A stretch of DNA of 54,119 nt. It comes from an uncultured Pseudomonadota bacterium (GTDB lineage: Bacteria > Pseudomonadota > Alphaproteobacteria > RF32 > CAG-239). This document shows, in pieces, positions 46,967-54,119 of the stretch (position 1 is its first letter; each line of letters opens with the position of its first letter). Below the pieces are notes generated by a model. The model made no database searches. It was not told where the DNA came from and was given only the letters and a program-made list of their open reading frames with translations. Position numbers and translations under genes: made by a program. The stretch spans positions 1 to 54,119 of the forward strand of contig CASERH010000014.1 of the NCBI GenBank assembly GCA_949290295.1, read 5' to 3'.

Positions 46967-47152
46967 TTATTCTTCGGCTTTTTTGCGCAAAACGTAATTT
47001 AGTTTTTGCAGGGCCTGAACTTGCATTTGCTCTTGGCTAAGTGTGGCTGGAACAACCACGCTCGCTTCTATCTTGGTCTCCGGCTCTATCGCCGTTACCT
47101 TCACATATGCCCCTTGGCGAATATATTCAAACAATATTTCTGACATTGCCAC
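46967..47152 (-). CDS. Small conserved alphaproteobacterial protein (DUF6898-like)
   Basis: EILFEYIRQGAYVKVTAIEPETKIEASVV...ALQKLNYVL. Confidence 0.75.
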   Translation of the reverse strand: MAMSEILFEYIRQGAYVKVTAIEPETKIEASVVVPATLSQEQMQVQALQKLNYVLRKKAEE

Positions 47153-49390
47153 TTATTCCTTCAGAAACTTATTGCTCTTAGGGAAACCGAAAGGTGCCAG
47201 TTTGCCAACTTGGGCGCGGTGTCCAAGCCAGGTCAACAACTCGGTCTCGGTCTTGGTGCCGCCTGCCCTTGTATAGGTAAAGCCCTCTGATTCGTTGAAA
47301 ATTTGAATGTCAGCCAAGCCTCCGTCTTTATACTTTTGCAAGGTGACGCCGCGACCTCTGGCCATGGTCGGAACCTCTTCTACCTTGAAAATCAGAAGCT
47401 TGCGGTTATCACCAATCACGGCAACCATATCGCCGGTTATCTTCTTGCAAAAGGCCAATTTCTCTCCTTCTGCCACGTTCATAATCTTGCGACCGTTGCG
47501 GGTTTGCGCCACAATGTGGTTCTCATCTACCACAAAACCTCTGCCGATATTGGAGGCTATCAGGTATTTTGCCTTGGCATCAAACACAAACATATCAACA
47601 ATATTATCGCTGTTGCCCAAGTCTATCATCAGGCGCAAAGGTTGACCAAAGCCTCTGCCGCTTGGTATCTCGGAAGCGGAAATATTGAAAAACTTGCCCG
47701 AAGTATCCAGTAAGACAATCTTATCCGTCGTCTGTGCGTGGATTGCCATCAAAAGCGCATCATCATCCTTAAACTTAAACTCCTCATTTAAGTCATTATG
47801 ACCTTTGGTGCAGCGTATCCACCCTTTTTGCGACAAGATAATCGTTATCGGCTCTTTTTCTACCATTGCCTCTATTGAAATCTCTATATCATCGGCAACT
47901 TCGGCAAACTCTGTGCGGCGGCGACCCAAAGCCGTCTTCTTGCCGAATTTTTCTCTGATATACTTAATTTCTTCCGCCACCTTTTGCCAACGCAAATTCT
48001 CATCTGCGAGCAGAGCCTCTAACTCTCCCTTCTCGGCGCTCAAATCATCAAACTCTTTATGAATCTCGCTTTCCTCCAATTTACGGAGGCTGCGCAGTTT
48101 CATATTCAAAATCGCTTCTGCCTGATTATCCGTCAGCGCAAATTCTTTCATCATCACTGCTTTGGGCTCGTCTTCTTCCCTGATTATGCGGATAATCTCA
48201 TCCAAATTCAGGTAAGCTATCAGATAGCCTGACAATATCTCCAAGCGTGCATTTATCTTTTGCAAACGATAATTAGAACGGCGCTCCAAAACATGAAGCC
48301 GGTGATGCAGATATTCTCCCAAAACCTCTTTGATGCTCATTACTCTTGGCACGCCGTCAGAATCCAAGACATTCATGTTCAACGCAAATTTGCTCTCAAG
48401 CTCCGTTTGCTTAAACAAAAGCTCCATCAGCATATTGGCATCAACGTTCCTGTTCTTGGGCTCCAAAACAATTCTCACATCGTGAGTGGATTCATCTCTG
48501 ACATCTGCCAAAAGCGGAATTTTCTTTTCCATCAGCAGCTGGGCAATCTTCTCTATCAGCTTGGACTTGATGACCTGATAAGGAATCTCGGTGACAACAA
48601 TTTGATATTGCCCCATACCTAAATCTTCTTTCTCCCACTTGGCACGAATACGGAAATTGCCGCGCCCTTGCTTATAGGCATCTAAAATGGTTGAAAACTT
48701 ATCAACAATAACGCCGCCGGTCGGAAAATCTGGCCCTCTCAGCTTGCGAACCAGAGGCTCAATCTCTACATCAGGCTTTTCTATCAGCAGCAATAAAGCA
48801 TCACAGACCTCTGATAAGTTATGCGGCGGGATATTGGTGGCCATGCCAACCGCAATACCCGAAGAACCATTGCATAACAAATTCGGCACTGCCGCAGGCA
48901 TTACTACCGGCTCAGATTCCTCACCGTCATAGGTGTCTCTGAAATCTACCGCATCATCATTTAAGCCTTCCATCAAGGCCATGGCAAATTCTGTTAACCT
49001 TGCCTCCGTATAACGCATGGCGGCCGGACCGTCACCATCAATGTTGCCAAAGTTACCCTGCCCGTCAACCAAAGGATAGCGCACCGAAAAATCTTGTGCT
49101 AAGCGTGCCATCGCCTGGTAAACGGCGCTGTCACCATGGGGGTGATATTTACCGATAACATCGCCAACCACGCGGGCGCATTTTTTGAAGCCCGATTTGG
49201 GGTCCAGATGCAATTGGCGCATGGCAAACAAAAGCCTTCTGTGCACAGGTTTTAAGCCGTCTCGCACATCGGGCAAAGATCTCGATACAATGGTGGACAT
49301 TGCATAAGAAAGGTAGCGGCTGCTCAGCTCTTCGGCCATGGCAACGGTTTTTATTTTTTCTTGCGGTTCTGCCATATTTTTTATATCCAA
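47153..49390 (-). CDS. parC: DNA topoisomerase IV subunit A
   Basis: RDGLKPVHRRLL, KCARVVGDVIGKYHPHGDS and AAMRYTEARL; no GyrA box; follows recO. Confidence 0.95.
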   Translation of the reverse strand: MDIKNMAEPQEKIKTVAMAEELSSRYLSYAMSTIVSRSLPDVRDGLKPVHRRLLFAMRQLHLDPKSGFKKCARVVGDVIGKYHPHGDSAVYQAMARLAQDFSVRYPLVDGQGNFGNIDGDGPAAMRYTEARLTEFAMALMEGLNDDAVDFRDTYDGEESEPVVMPAAVPNLLCNGSSGIAVGMATNIPPHNLSEVCDALLLLIEKPDVEIEPLVRKLRGPDFPTGGVIVDKFSTILDAYKQGRGNFRIRAKWEKEDLGMGQYQIVVTEIPYQVIKSKLIEKIAQLLMEKKIPLLADVRDESTHDVRIVLEPKNRNVDANMLMELLFKQTELESKFALNMNVLDSDGVPRVMSIKEVLGEYLHHRLHVLERRSNYRLQKINARLEILSGYLIAYLNLDEIIRIIREEDEPKAVMMKEFALTDNQAEAILNMKLRSLRKLEESEIHKEFDDLSAEKGELEALLADENLRWQKVAEEIKYIREKFGKKTALGRRRTEFAEVADDIEISIEAMVEKEPITIILSQKGWIRCTKGHNDLNEEFKFKDDDALLMAIHAQTTDKIVLLDTSGKFFNISASEIPSGRGFGQPLRLMIDLGNSDNIVDMFVFDAKAKYLIASNIGRGFVVDENHIVAQTRNGRKIMNVAEGEKLAFCKKITGDMVAVIGDNRKLLIFKVEEVPTMARGRGVTLQKYKDGGLADIQIFNESEGFTYTRAGGTKTETELLTWLGHRAQVGKLAPFGFPKSNKFLKE

Positions 49391-49401
49391 TAGTCTGATT
49401 A

Positions 49402-50112
49402 TTATATAATTTCTGCCAAGTTAACACGGCATTTCGGAAATTTCAAGCCGTGTGTGGCAAAAAAGTTTTTATAGAGGAAAAACTCCGTCATTTTCAACAA
49501 ATCTCTCAGTTCTTCCTTTGAGGGAGAATATTCCTGATTTAAAATAAAATGCGGAAATTTAAACAATCTGTCCTTATATGGCTCTCCGGCTTCTGCACAA
49601 ACAGCGCGACCTGTTTTGGGCGATACATAAGCCAAATTATCTGTCCGGCCGGTGGCTGAGCAAGCAGACAAGTCAAGCCCCACGCCCAAAAACTCAAGAA
49701 GATAAAATTCAAAGTAAGAATAATGCGCTAGCCAATTATCTTCACCTATCAGATTAAAAAAACTATCAATGTAATAATAAAATCTTTCCAAATTTTCTTG
49801 CTCGGGCATGCAGGCATTGCAAAGACTGCAAAATGAGCTCAAAACCCTCAGCTTATTGTTATCACTCATAAAATTTACCGCCAAGGGCGACACCAGCTCC
49901 ACCCTAAACAGCAGCATATTTTCATCAACTCTGGCATAGGCATCAATTTTTACCAAATTGCCCAGTTGAAATGTGGATAAATTCTTCTTGCTTAGGCAAT
50001 TTTTGACATAGCCAGTCACTTTGCCGTGTTCTTTGCTCAGAACCGTCAATATCAAAGATTTTTCGCCATGGCGGCGCAAATTTATTATGTAGCCTTGATC
50101 TGTGAACTTCAT
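49402..50112 (-). CDS. recO: DNA repair protein RecO
   Basis: RRHGE, GVGLDLSACSATG and YVSPKTGRAV. Confidence 0.95.
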   Translation of the reverse strand: MKFTDQGYIINLRRHGEKSLILTVLSKEHGKVTGYVKNCLSKKNLSTFQLGNLVKIDAYARVDENMLLFRVELVSPLAVNFMSDNNKLRVLSSFCSLCNACMPEQENLERFYYYIDSFFNLIGEDNWLAHYSYFEFYLLEFLGVGLDLSACSATGRTDNLAYVSPKTGRAVCAEAGEPYKDRLFKFPHFILNQEYSPSKEELRDLLKMTEFFLYKNFFATHGLKFPKCRVNLAEII

Positions 50113-50218
50113 ATTTTAAGAATTAGCTCCCTGCCGTCGTCACGTCAACAAAAATTTGACAAAATTATTTTGTTCGGTTAATATCTTCTTGATTAAAAAA
50201 CAACTTAAAACTTATTAT

Positions 50219-50548
50219 ATGAAAAAGATTTTATCTATTTTGGCGGCTATTTTGTTGGTTGTCATACTGGTGTGGTCGTATTATGTCTTTGCACATGATA
50301 TGCGCCATGCAGGGAGAATCATGCTTGAGCTCATAGCTCTATCAGGCCTTGTCTTTCTGGGGGCATATGCCTTAAAAATCAAAGGTCTACGCAAATTGCG
50401 CCGCAGCCTGCTTCCTTGGGTGGAAAAAAAGCTTAAGTTCAAAGAGCTGCGTGATCGCATTGAGCTTGTTGATAACGTTGCCTTGGCGTTGTTGCTCAAT
50501 GGCCTGGCCGTCGGCTTTGCCGGTTTCTCTGCCGGTATGCTGTTCTAG
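50219..50548 (+). CDS. Hypothetical membrane protein (three TM segments)
   Basis: Hydrophobic segments; followed by a terminator. Confidence 0.7.
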   Translation: MKKILSILAAILLVVILVWSYYVFAHDMRHAGRIMLELIALSGLVFLGAYALKIKGLRKLRRSLLPWVEKKLKFKELRDRIELVDNVALALLLNGLAVGFAGFSAGMLF

Positions 50549-50552
50549 AATA

Positions 50553-50592
50553 AAAGAAATGCCTGAGTTGGTTGCTCAGGCTTTTCTTTTTT
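50553..50592. terminator. Bidirectional terminator
   Basis: GCCTGAG...CTCAGGC with A- and T-rich flanks between convergent genes. Confidence 0.7.
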
Positions 50593-51436
50593 AATAATCA
50601 TGTATCATGCTTTTGGTTATCTTATCATATGCCATCAGCTCGGTTAGAACTCTTTCCATATCTTTTAGAGGAAGCGCATTGGGGCCGTCTGATAAGGCTT
50701 TTTCAGGATTATCGTGTGTTTCAATGAAAACTGCAGCTACGCCTACGGCCACCGCGGCTCTGGCCAAAACCGGAGCAAATTCTCTTTGGCCGCCGGAAGA
50801 ACCTCCAAGGCCGCCCGGTTGCTGAACCGAGTGAGTAGCATCCATAATCACAGGGCAACCCGTATCTTTGGCCATTTGCGGAAATGAGCGCATATCCGTT
50901 ACCAAAGTGTTATAACCAAAAGAAACGCCGCGCTCGGTCAGGCATACTTTGTCATTGCCGCTGTCTTCACATTTTTGAACCAAAGTCTTCATATTCCACG
51001 GGGCCAAAAATTGTCCTTTCTTGATATTTATCACCTTGCCGGTTTTGGCGGCGGCAACAACCAAGTCTGTCTGGCGACACAAAAATGCCGGAATTTGCAG
51101 CATATCCACATGTTTGGCAACTTCTGCACATTGGTATTGCTCATGCACATCGGTCACTATCGGAATATTGTTGTAAAGTTTCTTAATCTCGTCAAAAGTA
51201 CGCATTCCCTCTTCTAAGCCAACACCGCGCGGACCGTTGAGCGATGTGCGGTTGGCTTTGTCAAAAGAAGCTTTGAAAACATAGTTAATGCCCAATTTCT
51301 TGGTTATCTCCACCATTGCGCCGCAGATGTCTATTGCATGTTGGCGGCTTTCTATCTGGCAGGGACCGCAAAGCAAAGCCAGCGGCAACTTATTGCCAAT
51401 CTCAAAATTTCCGATTTTGATAATTCTTTGTTCCAT
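50591..51436 (-). CDS. kdsA: KDO8P synthase
   Basis: GPCQIES, KASFDKANRTS, QIPAFLCRQTD, NIKKGQF, DATHSVQ and SDG. Confidence 0.97.
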   Translation of the reverse strand: MEQRIIKIGNFEIGNKLPLALLCGPCQIESRQHAIDICGAMVEITKKLGINYVFKASFDKANRTSLNGPRGVGLEEGMRTFDEIKKLYNNIPIVTDVHEQYQCAEVAKHVDMLQIPAFLCRQTDLVVAAAKTGKVINIKKGQFLAPWNMKTLVQKCEDSGNDKVCLTERGVSFGYNTLVTDMRSFPQMAKDTGCPVIMDATHSVQQPGGLGGSSGGQREFAPVLARAAVAVGVAAVFIETHDNPEKALSDGPNALPLKDMERVLTELMAYDKITKSMIHDY

Positions 51437-51530
51437 TAGTTTCACCTTTCGTTTCTGATGCATTTGAGGCTATCATATTTTATGAAATTGGCAACAACAT
51501 AAAATAAAATCCCCAAGTTGGGGATTTTTG

Positions 51531-52076
51531 CTAATTAATCGCTATCTTGGTCCAGACAAACAACACGTTTCCATCGTTTTTGACACCGGGAACATAAGCC
51601 GCCTGCAGGGCGAATCTCTTGTACTCCACACTGGCCAAAGGAAGCGGCGCCGGCACCGGAAGATAGTACCACTCACTGCGCTGAGTAATTCCCAAAGTAT
51701 AACCTATACCGACTCTAAAGTCCGGGTTGCAGTTCACGAACCAATTCTTCATGAAGGCATAGCCGAAAAATGTTTCCAAGTGTTTGTTGGAATCCTTAAA
51801 GCCCATGGCATAGAGCCCGTGCCAGTTGCCGTTTTCATCAAAACGCGATTTGCCTATGCCAAAACCCCACGGGTTTTCGTTGTATTTATCTATATGTTCT
51901 TGGTCGTAAGTCAGCCGATTGTGCCAGGCATAAACCGGAATATAGGCATCATACTCTTCAGAATCCCAAGTTTTAGCAACATCTGATTTCAGCTGTTGCC
52001 AGTATTCCGCAAATCCGGCCCTTGCCGGTGCGGTGTACAAACAAATGAGTATGCAAATCGTTAGTATTTTTTTCAT
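51531..52076 (-). CDS. pagP: Lipid A palmitoyltransferase PagP
   Basis: Signal peptide; YIPVYAWHNR, YNENPWGFGIG, WHGLYAMGFKDS, PLPLASV and YVPG. Confidence 0.92.
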   Translation of the reverse strand: MKKILTICILICLYTAPARAGFAEYWQQLKSDVAKTWDSEEYDAYIPVYAWHNRLTYDQEHIDKYNENPWGFGIGKSRFDENGNWHGLYAMGFKDSNKHLETFFGYAFMKNWFVNCNPDFRVGIGYTLGITQRSEWYYLPVPAPLPLASVEYKRFALQAAYVPGVKNDGNVLFVWTKIAIN

Positions 52077-52299
52077 GAGGTATGTTTATAAACACAATTA
52101 AACATAATATCAACTTTTTTATTCAACTTATCAAAAATTGTTTAAAACTGCTTTACTCAATTTTAAGTATTACACCTTATAAAATTAAAATCTTCAGGTT
52201 TATTTCAGATTTGTATAATTTAGATGTTGAATATGTGATATTTTCGTTGTCTTGGAAAAAAATATATCTTAGCCTAGGGAAAAATATAAGGATAACAGT

Positions 52300-53022
52300 A
52301 TGAATTCTTTTTTATTGCGCAGATTAGTCCCCTTCTTTGTTGCCGCCGTGGTGATTGAGTTTTTAACCTTTGCCCTTTTGCTGTTGGCCGAGCGTGAGTA
52401 TGTGGACTGGGCTTTTATGCCCATGATTAAGACCGTGGGGGTATTGATTAAAACCACAACAATCTCTTTTCTATATATGATGTTGCCTTATGCCCTCTAT
52501 CTTCTCATTCTTCCTGCAAAATATGTTAATTCTAAATTTGACCGTTTTATAGCAGCGGCGAATTTTAGTATCTTCATCTTCCTTAACCTATTTGAAGAAA
52601 CCATGTCTTTGGTCTTTTGGGAAAAATTCTCTGCTGCTTTTAACTTTATCGCGGTTGAATATCTGATCGATATGCGCGAAATTGCCGATGATATCTCGCA
52701 GAACTATCTCTTTATTGCCTATATTGCCGCGTTAATCATCATCACTTTTCTCATTGTGCGGAGGGCAGAAAAATTTCTGCTTACCTCGGTGCCGTACCCA
52801 CGCTGGTTTAAGCGCACAATCTATACCGCCATTTATGTCTTGTGTTGTGCTTTGATTTATATCAATACTGATGAGCAAGAGCTGGAAATTAATGAAAATT
52901 ACTTCAACAATGAGCTTTCAAAAGATGGAACTTATAGCCTGGTGCGCTCGCTTTGGAAGAGTGACTTAACTTACCAAGACTTTGTTGTCAAAAATAAAGA
53001 CATCCTAACGTCAACAAAATAG
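52300..53022 (+). CDS. Membrane domain of an LTA-synthase/sulfatase family protein, without the catalytic domain
   Basis: Five TMs; FWEKFSAAFNFIAVEYL and NELSKDGTYSL; stops about 24 aa later. Confidence 0.7.
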   Translation: MNSFLLRRLVPFFVAAVVIEFLTFALLLLAEREYVDWAFMPMIKTVGVLIKTTTISFLYMMLPYALYLLILPAKYVNSKFDRFIAAANFSIFIFLNLFEETMSLVFWEKFSAAFNFIAVEYLIDMREIADDISQNYLFIAYIAALIIITFLIVRRAEKFLLTSVPYPRWFKRTIYTAIYVLCCALIYINTDEQELEINENYFNNELSKDGTYSLVRSLWKSDLTYQDFVVKNKDILTSTK

Positions 53023-53063
53023 AAGTATTTTTGCAGTTTTTTCTAAAATATACAAAAAACGTC

Positions 53064-53092
53064 TTGACAAAACTTGTTTTTGAGGGTATACC
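53064..53092 (+). promoter_or_regulatory. Sigma70 promoter of non-coding unit 1
   Basis: TTGACA-N17-TATACC. Confidence 0.6.
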
Positions 53093-53097
53093 CTGTT

Positions 53098-53392
53098 TAG
53101 TTTGTTAAGTTTTTAGATAGATTGTGTTTTAGTCAGAGGTGTGAGAACAGGGTTCGTGCAGTAAGGAATTCGCTACTCCTCAGTTGGGACTCTCCTTCAT
53201 CTCTGACTTTTTAAGATATAAAAGCCCGGTGGATTCAATGCTTCTTTCGCACCCGGCTTTGGAGAGTGTGTTACCCCCTTCTTTTGATTGCGGTTAACCA
53301 TTCTCCTTCGTAAAAGCACCCTTCGATGCTTTCCTGCTAATTTTTTGTTGTGTGAGGAGAACAACGTTGTGAAACGGTATCTCCTCTTTTTT
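53098..53392 (+). ncRNA. Candidate multi-hairpin ncRNA, unit 1
   Basis: Five consecutive stems ending in GAGGAGA/TCTCCTC-TTTTTT; no credible ORF. Confidence 0.55.
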
Positions 53393-53514
53393 ATTTTTAA
53401 ATTCTCTAAAAAATAGTTGACAAAATTTCAGAAATGTGTTTTATAGGCCCTCTTTTTTATTTTTAAATTCTCTAAAAAATAGTTGACAAAATTTCAGAAA
53501 TGTGTTTTATAGGC
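53383..53514. repeat. Perfect 66-bp tandem duplication containing a TTGACA element
   Basis: 53383-53448 is identical to 53449-53514. Confidence 0.96.
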
Positions 53515-53943
53515 AGTATTGAAAAATATAAGTATGCCTACAATTATCTTAATAAAGAACCGGGGCAACCTAAAAAACTAACCCCAACTTTAAAACTTCA
53601 ACCCTCGGTTCTTTTTTACATAAAGGTTCTACATTATCGACAGCTTTGTTACAGAAATTATCTTGGGTTAAACTTCAAATCTGCTGCTATGTGGAACCTT
53701 TTCAAAATTTGCCGGGACGGAAACATTCTAACCATAACGCTGCCATTGTATTTTGTATTCGTTTCTGTTCCGGCGCCCTACGGAGCAACCACCGCTTCGG
53801 CTGTAGTTTGGCTCCGAAACTATGCTGAGTAAGGTTTTGGGTTAACCTGCTCGGCACCATAAACTGGTTTCGAACCAGTTCTCAGTTTTCTTTAGCCATA
53901 TTTTGGAGCACCTCATGTCGTGAGACACGGGTGCTCATTTTTG
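53510..53943 (+). ncRNA. Candidate multi-hairpin ncRNA, unit 2
   Basis: Seven or eight consecutive stems of up to 14 bp with + strand G-U pairs, ending in a GAGCACC/GGTGCTC hairpin and a T-rich tail. Confidence 0.6.
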
Positions 53944-53947
53944 TAAC

Positions 53948-54119
53948 AAGAAAACTACCGGCTAGGCCGGTAGTTCCAAAGAGCTTACAGCTTTACAGAT
54001 AAAAAACTCCTTTGCTAAAATAAAGTGACGGTCTGGCAACTGTCTAATAAAAAGCAAAGGAGTTTTTTTATGAACACACATACAATAGCACACACAACAT
54101 GGAATTGTAAATACCATGT
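53948..54119 (+). mobile_element. IS200/IS605-family element, left end (partial)
   Basis: Subterminal hairpin AACTACCGGC-TAG-GCCGGTAGTT; AAAAAACTCCTTTGCT/AGCAAAGGAGTTTTTT stem covering the RBS. Confidence 0.85.
54070..54119 (+). CDS. tnpA: IS200 Y1 transposase, N-terminus (runs off the right edge)
   Basis: MNTHTIAHTTWNCKYH matches the characteristic IS200 N-terminal HTxWxCKYH. Confidence 0.88.
   Translation, partial: MNTHTIAHTTWNCKYH

Noticed and set aside
53500-53832. 110-aa and 60-aa ORFs over the hairpin array
   Set aside because: No RBS, one start lies inside the duplicated promoter, atypical composition; dense RNA stems explain the sequence better.
53098-53943. CRISPR array or T-box/riboswitch interpretation
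   Set aside because: No repeated direct-repeat unit, no cas genes, and no recognisable T-box or riboswitch consensus or downstream metabolic gene.

Overview
Chromosomal window from an AT-rich, probably anaerobic and host-associated alphaproteobacterium. This assignment is inferred from stand-alone rpsD, the rlpA-dacA-tmk-holB-tatD and dusB-trkA-hfq-hflX blocks, recO-parC, tandem mlaD-DUF2155 and a TipN/GPR-like polar protein. Most of the window is housekeeping and envelope genes. It also has an apbE-rseC-rnfBCDGEA operon in Bacteroidota-type order, whose rnfC is broken by a 34-bp tandem duplication plus a downstream deletion. Two tRNAs, Lys(CTT) and Ser(TGA), are each followed by small accessory islets. 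pagP is present, and an IS200 tnpA starts at the right edge. The most unexplained signal is about 850 bp of non-coding DNA (53,060-53,945). It is organised as two promoter-to-terminator units packed with back-to-back long hairpins whose G-U pairs favour the + strand, and is a candidate array of structured or polycistronic small RNAs. Other candidates are a three-hairpin sRNA at 46.8 kb, a CoaD-like fusion with a degenerate HD-like tail, and an integrase-less cassette flanked by tRNA-Lys 3' repeats. All family assignments come from motif recognition by eye; no searches were run.
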